Assembly: GCA_038087875.1 (NCBI GenBank)
Contig: JAXLNO010004139.1
Coordinates: 1 to 64,000 of the forward strand
Length of the DNA stretch: 64,000 nucleotides
Direction of reading: 5' to 3'
Source: Malacoraja senta
Taxonomy: Eukaryota
Part shown: positions 1 through 11,583 of the stretch, piece by piece
Numbering within the stretch: the first letter of the stretch is position 1
Layout of the letters: each line of letters starts with the position of its first letter
Program-made: the position numbers and the translations under genes
The notes under the pieces: generated by a model
The model's input: only the letters and a program-made list of their open reading frames with translations
What the model was told of the DNA's origin: nothing
Database searches by the model: none

Positions 1-39
1 AAATGTCTCTTCTCCTTCCTAAAATAACTTAATACACAG

Positions 40-967
40 AAATGTGAGGTGTTGCATTTTGGGACATCTAATGAGCAGGACCTACACAGTGAATGGTAGG
101 GTTCTGGGGAGTGTTGTAGAGCAGAGGGATCTAGGAGTGCAGGTGCATGGTTCCATGAAGGTCGAGTCGCAGGTAGATAAGGTAGTCAAAAAGGCTTTTG
201 GCACATTGGCCTTCAAGGTCAAGGTCAGTTTATTGTCACATGTACCAGTTAAGGTACAGTGAAGTTTGAGTTACCATACAGCCATACCAAGTGAAAAGCA
301 ACAAGACACACAACCACATAAGTTAACATAAATATCCACCACAGTGGATTCCACATTCCTCATTGTGACAGAAGGCAATAAAATTCATTCCTCTTCCTCT
401 TTGTTCTCTCGGTTTCAGGGCAGTCAAACCATCTGCAGTCGGGGGGATCGAAGCCCCCGTCGGGGTGATCAAAATTCCTGCGTTGGGGCAGTTGAAACTC
501 TCCCTGCATGGAGCTCCCAAATCGGCCTTCTCTTACCAGTCTGAGTATTGAGTATAGAAGTTGGGAGGCCATGTTGCAGTTGTATAAGATGTTGGTGACA
601 CCACATTTAGAATATTGTGTTCAGTTCTGGACACCATGTTATAGGAAAGATATTGTCAAGCTTAAAAGAGTTCAGAAAAGATTTACGAGGATGTTGCTCG
701 GACTAGAGGGTCTGAGCTTTAAGGAGAGGTTGAGTAGGCTGGGTCTCAATTCCTTGGAGCGCAGGAGGATGAAGGGTGATCTTATAAAGGTGTATAAAAT
801 CATGAGAGGAATAGATCGGGTAGATGCACAGAATCTCTTCCCCAGAGTAGGGGAATCAAGGACCAGAGGACAGGTTCAAGGTGAAGGGAAAAATATTTAA
901 TAGGAATCTGAGGGGTAACATTTTCACACAAAGGGTGGTGGGTGGATGGAACAAGGAACCAGAGGAG
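40..967 (+). mobile_element. CR1 (HER1-like) LINE 3' RT fragment, split by insertions at 215-523 and 968-4925; resumes at ~4930-5135
   Basis: Translations contain CR1 C-terminal motifs (QRDLGVQVH, PHLEYCVQFW, GDLIKVYKIM). The CR1 3' UTR with a (GACTCTAT)-type tail resumes after the L2. Confidence 0.9.
215..523 (-). mobile_element. Non-autonomous retroposon with a Rex/Babar-like 3' tail, inserted in CR1
   Basis: Tail AAGGTCAAGGTC-AGTTTATTGTCACATGTACC...GGTACAGTGAA matches the Rex-type 3' ends at 9260 and 61020. GGCCTTC lies on both sides (208-214, 524-530), a possible TSD. Confidence 0.6.
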
Positions 968-1098
968 GTAATAATAATAATAATACATTTTATTTGTATA
1001 GCGCTTTTCAAGGACTCAAAGTCGCTTTACATGGAGAGTCAAAAACAAAACAAAATAGAGCAGTAAGACAGAGATGCAAAGGGGAGGGGGACATGGGA

Positions 1099-4000
1099 CT
1101 AAGGGTATGCAGAGGTGAAGAGATGGGTCTTGAGGCGGGACTGGAGGATGGTGAGGGACTCAGAATTTCGGATCAATTGTGGGTGGGAGTTCCAGAGCCT
1201 GGGAGCTGTCCTGGAGAAGGCTCTGTCTCCAAAAGTGCAGAGGTTGGATTTTGGAATGGAGAGGAGACCGGCTGATGTGGATCTGAGGGACCGTGAGGGT
1301 TGGTAGGGGGAGAGGAGGTCAGTGAGATAAGGGGGGGCCAAGTGGTGAGGGCTTTGTAGGTGAGGACCAGGATTTTGTAGATGATCCGGTGGGAAATGGG
1401 AAGCCAGTGAAGTTCTTTGAGAACTGGGGTGATGTGGTGCCAGGATTTGGTGTGGGTGATGAGTCGGGCGGCTGCATTCTGGACCAGTTGGAGTCGGTTG
1501 ATGTTTCTGGAATTAATGCCAAAGAGAAGAGAGTTACAGTAGTCCAGTCGGGAGGAGATGAAGGCATGGATGAGTCTTTCAGCAGCGGGGGGTGTGAGAG
1601 AGGGTCTGATTTTGGCAATGTTGCGGAGGTGAAAAAATGATGTTTTGACAACATGGCGGATGTGAGGCTCAAGGGAGAGGGTTGAGTCAAAGATCACGCC
1701 AAGGTTGCGGGCCTGAGGAGATGGGGAGACAGTGGTGCCGTCAATAGTGAGAGTGGGGTTGTTAATTTTGGTAAATGTTGATTTGGAGCCAATGAGGAGA
1801 AATTCTGTTTTGTTACTGTTTAATTTAAGGAAGTTGAGTTGCATCCAAGATTTGATGGCTGACAGGCAGGAGTTGATATGGGAGAGAGGGGGGTGGTGGG
1901 GGGACTTGGTGCTGAGATAGATCTGGGTGTCATCAGCATAGCAATGGAAGTCCAGGTTGAAGTGACGGAGTATATGACCAAGGGGGAGGATGTAGATGAT
2001 GAAGAGGAGGGGACCGAGAACGGAGCCTTGGGGAACGCCTTGAGTGACAGTGGCTGTGGCAGAGGTGTGGTTATGGAGAGAGATGAAGTGGGATCGGTTG
2101 GAAAGGTAGGAACGGAGCCAGCTGAGTGCAGAACCTTCAATGCCAAGGTCTTTAAGTCTGGTAAGCAGGATGTTATGGTTCACGGTATCGAAGGCTGCAC
2201 TCAGGTCGAGGAGGATGAGGATGTTGAGGGAACCAGTATCAGCAGAGGTGAGGAGGTCGTTGAGGACTTTGAGGAGAGCAGTTTCTGTGCTATGGAGGGG
2301 GCGAAAGCCAGATTGGAGGGGTTTGAATAGGTTATACGCGAGGAGGTGGGAATGAAGTTGTGACGCGACGATACGCTCCAGGGTTTTTGAAAGAAAGGGG
2401 AGGTTTGAGATAGGGCGGTATTTAATGAGAGAGGAGGGATCAAGACCAGGTTTCTTTAAGATTGGTGTGACAGCAGCAGTTTTGAAAGCAGAGGGGACAA
2501 TTCCTTGGGACAATGAGGAGTTGAAGAGATTAGTGAGGTAGGGGCAGAGAGCGGGGAGGCAGGACTTCAGCAGGGGAGTGGGGAGAGGGTCGAGGGAGCA
2601 GGTAGTGGGTTTGGAAGAGCTGATGAGTTTGGAGATTTCAGTAGGGGTGACCGGGTCAAACTGGGAGAGGAAGCAGTGTGGAGGAGGGGTAAGGAGGTCA
2701 GTGGAGATGTTGAAAGCAGGGGCCTTGGTAGGTGGTGGAGTAGATGCTGGGGAGTCGGGTACAGGGGATAAAGATTGACAGATGGTGCTGATTTTTTCAG
2801 CGAAGAAGTGGAGGAATGAGTTGCAGAGATCCGCAGTGGAGGTAGGGAGAGTGTTGGCTCGAGGCTTGAGGAGGTTGCACACTGTGGAGAAGAGGGTTCT
2901 GTGGTTTAGGCAGGGGTCGGTGAATATGGAGGAGAGGTAGGCAGATTTAGCAGCAATGAGGGCATCTTTGTAGGCAGTGAGGTGGAGTTTGTAAGCTTCA
3001 TGGTGGACTGTGAGAGATGATTTATTTATGAGTCGTTCAAGTCGGCGACCAGTCTGTTTCAGTTTACGAAGTGCAGGTGTGTACCAGGGTGAAGATTTAT
3101 TAAAAGTTACGGTTCTTGTTTTGAGGGGGGCCAGAGTGTTAAGGGAGGTAGACAAGGTGGAATTGAGATGGTTTGTGAGATCATCAGGTGAGATGTGGGT
3201 TGAGTCCAGGGGGAGAGTGGTGGAGGGCAGGTCAGAGAGATGGTGGGGGTCGATGGATTTGAGATTACGGAGGTGATTTCTCGGAGGAAGCGGGGGCGAG
3301 GTGTCGGAGAAGGGATGGTGAACCGTATAAGCTTATGATCAGAGAGGGGAAGAGGCATGGATGGAGGTCGAGTACCGGTTGATTTGTGGAGCAGACCAGG
3401 TCAAGGATGTGACCTTTGTCATGAGTGGGAAAGGTGACGTGCTGAGTGAGAGAGAAGTTGTCAAGTAAAAAAGCGAATTCAGATGCGAGCTTGCAGGTGG
3501 GGGAGTCCATATGAATATTTAAGTCACCAAGTAGCAGCAGACGTGGGGAGAGAGATGAGGCAAGTGTGAGGAGTTCAGTGAAGTCAGATAGGAAGGAGGG
3601 GTTTGGTTTAGGTGGCCGGTAAATGAGGATGACTGTCATGGAGGAAAGGGCTTTGAAGGCGAGGAATTCAAATGATGCTACTGGGGGGAGGGGGATTTCA
3701 GCGATCGGAAAGTTCTGGTTGAAAATAACAGCGAGGCCACCTCCATGGCGGGAGGGGTGGGGTTTGGAGATATAATTAAATCCAGATGGGGATGCTTGAT
3801 TGAGGGAGAAGAAGACATTGGGTTGTTGCCAGGTTTCAGTGAGCAGAAGGAAGTCAAGAGTGTTGTCAAGGATTAGTTCATGGAGGGCAAGGGCTTTGTT
3901 GTTGAGCGACCGGGTGTTGAGGAGGGCAAAGTTGGCATTGTGAGAGGGTGGAGGGATGGGGGCAGGCTGGAGAGATCTGAGGTTGTCCCAGTTGACAGTG

Positions 4001-4231
4001 CATGTGGTCAGCTGGGATGGGGGGTGACGCGGGTTGAGGGGGGGCAGAGCGTGGTAGTGAGCAGATGGATGGAATGGAATATCCGTGGCCGAAGCAAACA
4101 AGCTTGCGTCGAGAGCCTCTGTTGATGTAACGGGGTCGACGCAGAAGTCCAAACTGTTTAATGACTGGGATGCAGGATGGGATGTAATTGTTGAAGAGAC
4201 CAATCAGCCGCAGAGCCGAGTATTTGAGCAT
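1099..4231 (-). pseudogene. L2 ORF2 (EN-RT) with about 4 frameshifts (~4050, ~3358, ~3272, ~1341)
   Basis: ATG at 4231 gives MLKYS...LRRPRYINRGSRR. EN motifs: LLNTRSL, LTETW, LGDLN, LSDH. RT motifs: [25 protein letters not shown]-terminal SRLDYCNSL and RLKTHLF. Confidence 0.9.
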
Positions 4232-4261
4232 GATGAGGAGCCCGAGCAACTGCAGGAAGCA

Positions 4262-4565
4262 GCAGAGAGGTTGTCCAGCGGTGAGGGCGCAGAGAGGTGT
4301 CCAGCAGAGAAGGCGAAGAGGGGTGTCCAGCAGCGAGGGCACAGAGAGGCCGTCCAGTGGTGCGGGTGCAGAGAGGCGTCCAGCAGTGCAGGTGGAGAGA
4401 GTATCCAGCGGTGAGGGAGCAGAGGGGCCGTCCAGCAGTGCAGGTGCAGCGAGGCGTCCAGCAGTGCGGGTGCAGTGGCCGTCCAACGGTGCAGGTGCAG
4501 AGAGGCTGTCCAGGGTGCGGGTGCAGAGAGGATCCAACGTCGCTGGTGCAGGGAGGTGTCCAGCG
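4262..4565. repeat. Degenerate ~27-30 bp GC-rich tandem array in the L2 5' UTR
   Basis: About 11 copies of GCAGAGAGGCGTCCAGCAGTGC(A/G)GGT-like units. Confidence 0.85.
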
Positions 4566-5136
4566 TCGATGGTGCACAGACAGGTAACAGACAGGTTACA
4601 AAAGAGGGGGGGGGAAATGGCGGGCGGAGAAGCGGCGAACAGTCAACGCCAGCGTCCTCTCCGGACAGCGTGCAGGGTTCTAGCGGCTAGCGATGTAGGC
4701 CGCAGGGCGACAGCCGTCGGCTGTCAGCTGAAGATCGTTCCACGGCCAGAAACGGCCAAACTCCGCAGACCACCGCAATCGGAGCGACCCTCCAGTGGTC
4801 CCTTGTCGGGTGGTAGGTCCAGGCCTCGTCCGAGGTGGAAATTTACCGCAGTCGGCAATTGAAGCCGATTCGCTATAAGGAGTCGTTGTCATTCGAATCT
4901 GCTTCCACCGCCGCCATTTTGAATAGTTGAGGTAGTTGAGGCTAGGACTATCCCAACATTTAATAAACAGTTAGACAGAAACAGTTAGACAGACACATGG
5001 ATAGGACAAGTTTGGAGGGATATAGACCAAGCGCAGGCAGGTGGGACTAGTAGCTGGGATATGTTGGCCAGTGTGGGCAAGTTGGGCTGAAGGGCCTGTT
5101 GCCACACTGTGTCACTCTATGACTCTATGACTCTAA

Positions 5137-5390
5137 CTTCCTTTAATTATGAGGCTATGCCCTCTTGTCCTAGACTCTCCCACGAGTGCAAGCATCCTCT
5201 CCACATCCACTCTATCCAAGCCTTTCACTATTCCGTATATTTCATTGAGGTCCTCCCCCCCCCCCCCCCCTCATTCTTTTAAACTCCAGCGAATACAGGC
5301 CCAGCGCCGACAAATGCTCATGTGAACCTACTCATTCCTGGGATCATTCTTATAAACCTTCTCTAGACCCTCTCCAGAACCAGCACATCC
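5137..5390 (-). mobile_element. CR1 3' fragment
   Basis: Homologous to the CR1 fragments at 48715-48990 and 51368-51765 (GACTCTCCCACTAGTGGAAACATCC...). Confidence 0.7.
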
Positions 5391-6379
5391 GTTGAGACCC
5401 TTCTTCAGACTAAGAGTCAGAGGAGAGGGAGAAAGAGAGGGAAGGAGAGGTTCCCTACCCTCTCCTTTTAATTCCTGTTCTCCAGAGATGCTGCCTGATC
5501 CGTTGAGTTACTCCAGCATTTTGTGACTATCTTCATTCTCAAATTAATATACTGCAATCAGACTACAACTCCAGAAATAATCAAAACACGAATCACATGT
5601 TTTTTGAGCGGAAGCAGAGGACAACATTTAATTGAATAATTCATTTCCCTGTTTTATTTTCCATTTAAGGAGCTGAATAAGATTTTCAGCCGTGCTCTTG
5701 ATTGACAGGATTTTTTTAATGAGTAGTGCAAGAGCATGTTTCATGACCTTGACATACAGGGATAAGGTCCCCCCCCCCCCCCTCCCCACCTGCCATCTTT
5801 CAGCAGAGAACAAATGTGTAAGGCATTTTGATGGCAAGAACTGCATACATTAGAGGTCCACGTTTCCAAAATCTTGATAAGCAGGAATGACAGAGGAAGT
5901 TATTAGAAATAACAGATGGCAAGCAATGAATTACAAAGCAATAATTCAACTCAGCGGTGCTGATAATGGCATGAAGTGGAGGATCAAAGCTCAAGCACTT
6001 TCTTAACATCAGCAAAGCCATGGTTTAATTACTGTCAAGTGCAGAGCAAGATTTTTCATATCCTTTACTTTATATTGTTCATCAAGCACAATATACACCG
6101 GAAAGGTGATGTTGGTCACCAGTTAATCAACATGGGAGCTGGAGCCATATGAACTCACTTGGCCACCATTGAAATAAATGGTGGCTTTCCTTTACTTTAA
6201 CAAGAATGTATAAACATATTATAGTATAAAAATATTAGTTGTTTATTTATGGAACACCAGTGTGAAATGTTTTCACCTCTGTGTAGTATACCATCAAACT
6301 AGCAGAACAAACTCTTAAAAGGACCGAAAATGTGTGCAGTATGTCGGTATTATTCAAAACAGATGGCAAGTTTGAGCTG

Positions 6380-6686
6380 AAGATAGACGCAAAATGGTGA
6401 ACTCAACAGGTCAGGCAGCATCTCTGGAGAAAAGGAATAAGTGACATTTTTCTGACTGATTGTGGTATGGAGGAAGAAGTTTAGAAAGGAGGAGGGACAG
6501 GACGATGGTTGGTGGGTTATAGGTGAATGCATGTGAACGGGGTTGTTGATAGGCACATGGTTGGACACTGGCCAGAGATGATTCCTTTTCTCCAGAGATG
6601 CTTCCTGACCTGTTGAGTTACTCCAGTATTTTGTCACTACTTTCGGTATAAACCAGCATCTGCAGTTCCTTCCTGCACACTTACAT
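6380..6686. mobile_element. Penelope-derived fold-back element (inverted terminal arms)
   Basis: CAGGTCAGGCAGCATCTCTGGAGAAAAGGAAT at the left and its near reverse complement at the right. TTTGAGCTG flanks both sides (6371-6379, 6687-6695). Confidence 0.75.
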
Positions 6687-7249
6687 TTTGAGCTGTTACC
6701 TCATTCTGTTTCAAGGCTTATGTCCAAAATATTAATATTCTAAATAGTCATTTCAATTCTTGGATGTAGTGAGATGACTAGAAGAAAATAAATGTTTCTT
6801 ATTTTTGATTCGCTCCCTCCACAGAAGCTGAATCTGCCACCTTTTACATTATTATCTTGTTATTATTTATTTGCATTACCATCCTTACGTAAATTTGAAA
6901 ATAATTGTGATATTTAATCTATTTGCCCTCAAAAGATAAAGCTGCCTTGCATCTCATTTTCCTGATGTGACCAACTGTATATGATTAAACAAAGCATTTT
7001 ATTATTTCTACAGATTGAGATCTCAGAAAGTGTACATTTGTTAAATGACGATAAGTACAATTGTATTTACTAAACGTGAAATTAAAAGAGATGTCCATTG
7101 TCTCTGTTAGATAGCAATAAAGAAAGATCCTATAAGATGTTTCAACATAAAACATTGCAATTGTTGCACAAAAAGTAAGTGCTGTTGTAATGTAGGAGAT
7201 AGCAGCCAATTTATGCACAATAGCATCCCAAGATCAGCTAATGAATTCA

Positions 7250-7309
7250 TGCGATGGGGGACCAGGCCTCTCGTGTGACAGGGACCCAACGGGTCCCACT
7301 TTGTCTAGT
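7250..7309 (+). mobile_element. Helitron-type 3' terminus
   Basis: Hairpin GGGACCC-AAC-GGGTCCC (7281-7297), then CTAG (7305-7308) followed by T. Confidence 0.55.
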
Positions 7310-7319
7310 AAGTTATAAA

Positions 7320-7880
7320 AAAGACACAGTGCTGGAGTAACTCAACAGGTCAGACCGCATCCTTGGAGAACATGGACAAGTGATGTTTCGGGTCAGGGCA
7401 CTTCTTCACACTGATTGCGGTGGAGAGGGGGGGAGGGGTGGCAAAAGCTGTAAAGGAGGAAAGGAGGAGGTGCAGGACAAAGCCTGGTGAGTGATAGGTG
7501 GATATAGGTGAGGCACAGGTTATTGAAAGGCAGATGGATTGCCAAGGGTCAGAGATGAAAAGAAGGTGTAAGATAAGGATAGAGGTGCCAGTGTGAAGCC
7601 AATTGTAAAAATAGAGGGGGAGGGGATAAATGAGGATACATCCAAGTGGGGCACAAAGGAGAGGGTTTGCGATGCGTTACCTAAAATTGGAGAATTCAAT
7701 GTTCATACAATTGTGTTGTAAGCCACCCAAGCAGAATATAAGGCACTGCTCCTCCAGTTTGCATGTGGCCCTAATCTGGCAATGGAGGAGTCCCAAGACA
7801 GAAAGGTCAGTTTGGGAATGGGGGGGGGGGGGGGGAGTTAAAAGGGGAGTTAGCAGCAGGAAGATCTAGTAGGCCTTTCA
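7320..7880 (-). mobile_element. Penelope-like element 3' remnant (GIY-YIG C-terminus + terminal repeat)
   Basis: The minus strand encodes LGLLHCQ...KLEEQCLIFCLGGLQHNCMNIEF, the same motif as at 54425 and 61460. The terminal repeat is at 7320-7412. Confidence 0.8.
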
Positions 7881-9254
7881 AACCAAGGGTATTTCTCTGA
7901 TAATAATTAAAAGACAAAATTGGCCCAGGCACTGGAGAATGTTCTTTAAAGAAAACATTAGAGCCTAGAAGGGCCCAATTTAAAATTTTCACCAGAATGA
8001 TGACACCACCAAAGTGAAATTCCCTAAGTAGTGAATTTGAAGCTCATCCTAGCTCCGTGCAATCGGGCTTGAATACTGTCTGACCCCAAAACAAGTGTGT
8101 TTCCATTGAATCACATCTAAATGTCCAAGTATTTATACAGGAAAGGAGCAGAGGGATTCATGCCAGCTGCAGGCATATGGGGTCAGAATAGAGATGGGGT
8201 CAGTGTAGAGATTCAAAGGAGTTGGCACAGTCGAGATGGGCTGTAAGGGCCTGTTTCTGTGATGTTCTTTTCTATAAAATGAAGGAAGTAAAGAGCATAT
8301 TTGTTGCCAGAGCCATGTTCAAATCCTTATTCACCCAAGCTTATACTGAACCTGTACATTGCTCATGTTAGATCATGGTGATGATGATTTGTCCACCATT
8401 GTCAATGATGATGACCTACATATTATCTTCAAGTTTAGACAGATTTCAGGACCTAGTCTGCCTGTGATCTAGTGTTTGCAGGAGACGTTTCCTATCAGAT
8501 TGCCATGAGACTATGTATGAGACCACAGTATGAGGAAATGGAATAAAGCATCCACAAGTGTTAAGATCTACAGGGAAATATTCATAAATTCCTTACCATA
8601 CAAGTATGACAGCGTGATCTCATAGTTCTGAAGTAACGTCCCAACCCAAAACATGGCTTAACTATGTTCTCCAGAGATGCAGCCTGACCCGCTGGGTCAC
8701 TACAGCACTTTGTGTCTCCTCTTGTAGTTTCTTGATCTCCTTTGGAGACTTCTTTCTTCTGCAATCTGGATGCAATTTGCTTCAAGCTGTGTTTTCCTAT
8801 CACAAATCACCTCATGCTAATTTTCCTGTCACGGGTATCATTCCCCCATGTGTGAAATAATCAGTTTCCACCCACATTCCAAAGGCATGCAGATTTGTAG
8901 GTAAATTGGCTTCTGTAAATTGCCTCTGGTGTGTGGGATGCAAATTTGGGATAACATTGGACTCGTGTATAGGTGATTGTTGGTCAGCACGGACTCGGTG
9001 GGCCTGTTTCCATGTTGTTTCTCTAAACTCTAAACTATTGATACTCCGCAATCATTTTAAGGCAAACTGGGTAGAAAGAAGCTCCACAAATTATGGATTA
9101 TGCTTTTGGTTCTCCACAATTTCTGCACCTCACTGGTGCAGGTTTAGGGAAGGAGATTAATGAAATAATTCCAGATTAATGCTTGGAATCCAGTACAATT
9201 GGGTTCCTCTGCTGTAGTTCTTGTAAAGATGAAACTGATCAGCAAAAGTACAGT

Positions 9255-9510
9255 CTAGGTAAGTTTATTGTCACGTGTACCGAGGTACAGTGAAATGCTT
9301 TTTTGTTGCGTGCTATCCAGTCGGTGAAAAGATTATACATGATTGCAATCAAGCCATCCACAGTGTGCAGATACAGGATAAAGGGAATAATGGTTAGTGC
9401 AAGGTAAAGTCTGATTAAAGAAAGTCCGAGGGTCTCCAATGAGGTAGATGGGAGGTCAGGACCTCCCTCCAGTTGGTGATAGGATGGTTCAGTTCCCTGA
9501 TTACAGCCTG
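9255..9510 (-). mobile_element. Rex/Babar LINE 3' UTR fragment
   Basis: Reverse complement of the 3' end of the Rex copy at 60430-61050. Confidence 0.75.
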
Positions 9511-9970
9511 ATAAAGTATTAGCATCAAGGCACGGTTCCTCCTGGACTGATGGTGGCCAAGGATGTCTAAAATACGTTGTGAGCTGCTGTAATCCAGATG
9601 TTCTTATTGGAATTGCAGGCCACAACCAGCACGATTCCACCCAAAACATTTTGAATTGCTTTTGCATTTTACCAAATGGCATATATTTTTTTTAAACTGT
9701 CTTGCCTTCATGCCTTGCAGGCAGACTGGAGAAATAAGGTGTCAATAAATGTATTCTTCATGTTGTACCCACCAACACTTTTCCTCAGTATTTAAATATT
9801 TCACTTGATAGATTAAAAAAAAGAGTATAAAATATAAAGCTTAGTCAGTCACAGCGTAAAAACAATTTATAAGTTCTGGTCATAGGTCATCCCTGGCAGC
9901 TTACTTTTCAGTGTGTAATTTAAAAAAGAAATTAAATCATCCACATTTCCTATACATCAAACAGGATATA

Positions 9971-11583
9971 CAGTGGCTTGCAAAAGTATTCATACCCCTT
10001 GAACCTTTCCACATTTTGTCACGTTACAACCACAAACGTAAATGTATTTTATTGGGATTTTATGTGATAGACCAACACAAAGTGGCGCATAATTGTGAAG
10101 TGGAAGGAAAATGATACATGGTTTTCAAATTTTTTTACAAATAAAAAACTGAAAAGTGTCGCGTGCAAAAGTATTCAGCTTTACTCTGATACCCCTCAAT
10201 AAAATCCAGTGCAACCAATTGCCTTCAGAAGTCACCTAATTAGTAAATACAGTCCACTTGTGTGTAATCTAATCTCAGTATAAATACAGCTGTTCTGTGA
10301 AGGCCTCAGAGGTTTGTTAGAGAACATTAGTGAACAAACAGCATCATGAAGCCCAAGGAACACACCAGACAGGTCAGGGATAAAGTTGTGGAGAAGTTTA
10401 AAGCAGGGTTAGGTTATAAACAAATATCCCAAGCTTTGAACATCTCACAGAGCATTGTTCAATCCATCATCCGAAAATGGAAAGAGTATGGCACAACTGC
10501 AAACCTACCAAGACATGGCCGTCCACCTAAACTGACAGGCCGGGCAAGGAGAGCATTGATCAGAGAAGCAGCCAAGAGGCCCATGGTAACTCTGGAGGAG
10601 CTGCAGAGATCCACAGCTCAGGTGGGAGAATCTGTCCACAGGACAACTATTAGTCGTGCACTCCATAAATCGGGCCTTTATGGAAGAGTGGCAAGAAGAA
10701 AGCCATTGTTGAAAAAAAGCCATAAGAAGTCCCGTTTGCAGTTTGCCACAAGCCATGTGGGGGACACAGCAAACATGTGGAGGAAGGTGTTCTGGTCAGA
10801 TGAGACCAAAATTGAAGTTTTTGGCCTAAATGCAAAACGCTATGTGTGGCGGAAACCTAACACTGCACATCACCCTGTACACACCATCCCCACTGTGAAA
10901 CATGGTGGTGGCAGCATCATGCTGTGGGGATGTTTTTCTTCAGCAGGGACAGGGAAGCTGGTCAGAGTTGATGGGAAGATGGATGGAGCCAAATACAGGG
11001 CAAACTTGGAAGAAAACCTGTTAGAGTCTGCAAAAGACTTAAGACTGGGGCGGAGGTTCACCTTCCAGGAGGACAACGACCCTAAACATACAGCCAGAGC
11101 TACAATGGAATGGTTTAGATCAAAGCATATTCATGTGTTAGAATGGCCCAGTCAAAGTCCAGACCTAAATCTAATTGAGAATCTCTGGCAAGACTTGAAA
11201 ATTGCTGTTCACAGACGCTCTCCATCCAATCTGACTGAGCTTGAGCTATTTAGCAAAGAAGAATGGGCAAAAATATCAGTCTCTAGATGTGCAAAGCTGG
11301 TAGAGACATACCCCAAAAGACTAGCAGCTGTAATTGCAGCGAAAGGTGGTTCTACAAAGTATTGACTCAGGAGGGCTGAATACTTTTGCACACAACACTT
11401 TTCAGTTTTTTATTTGTAAAAAAATTTGAAAACCATGTATCATTTTCCTTCCACTTCACAATTATGCACCACTTTGTGTTGGTCTATCACATAAAATCCC
11501 AATAAAATACATTTACGTTTGTGGTTGTAACGTGACAAAATGTGGAAAAGTTCAAGGGGTATGAAAACTTTTGCAAGCCACTG
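9971..11583 (+). mobile_element. Tc1 (IR/DR type, Passport-like) DNA transposon, full length, TA TSD
   Basis: 209-bp TIRs (9971-10179, 11375-11583) start CAGTGG and end CCACTG. TA at 9969-70 and 11584-85. DR core TGCAAAAGTATTCA at both ends of each TIR. Confidence 0.97.
10346..11365 (+). CDS. Tc1-family DD34E transposase, 339 aa, uninterrupted
   Basis: Paired-like HTH with GRPPK, then WSDETK, FQEDNDPKH and SPDLNLIENLW. There are 34 residues between the second D and E. Confidence 0.95.
   Translation: MKPKEHTRQVRDKVVEKFKAGLGYKQISQALNISQSIVQSIIRKWKEYGTTANLPRHGRPPKLTGRARRALIREAAKRPMVTLEELQRSTAQVGESVHRTTISRALHKSGLYGRVARRKPLLKKSHKKSRLQFATSHVGDTANMWRKVFWSDETKIEVFGLNAKRYVWRKPNTAHHPVHTIPTVKHGGGSIMLWGCFSSAGTGKLVRVDGKMDGAKYRANLEENLLESAKDLRLGRRFTFQEDNDPKHTARATMEWFRSKHIHVLEWPSQSPDLNLIENLWQDLKIAVHRRSPSNLTELELFSKEEWAKISVSRCAKLVETYPKRLAAVIAAKGGSTKY

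Larger units (their letters stand above)
968..4925 (-). mobile_element. Full-length L2-clade LINE (APE endonuclease + RT), frameshifted
   Basis: 3' tail GCGCTATACAAATAAAATG(TAT)n at ~968-1005. GC-rich 5' end at ~4920. GAGGTA is present at both junctions with the host CR1. Confidence 0.93.
7130..8090 (-). mobile_element. Ancient DeuSINE (SacSINE1/AmnSINE-like) relic, interrupted at ~7245-7880
   Basis: Deu-domain-like TGTTGTAATGTAGGAGATAGCAGCCAATTTATGCACA (7184-7220). A weakly similar continuation lies at ~7885-8090. Recognised from memory of the consensus. Confidence 0.55.

Noticed and set aside
4262-4565. Repeat array superficially CRISPR-like (also 52328-52458)
   Set aside because: No unique spacers, eukaryotic context and no cas genes; these are ordinary tandem repeats.
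4085-4862. Several overlapping 100-220 aa ORFs on both strands
   Set aside because: They arise from the GC-rich tandem array in the L2 leader, and I recognised no domain.
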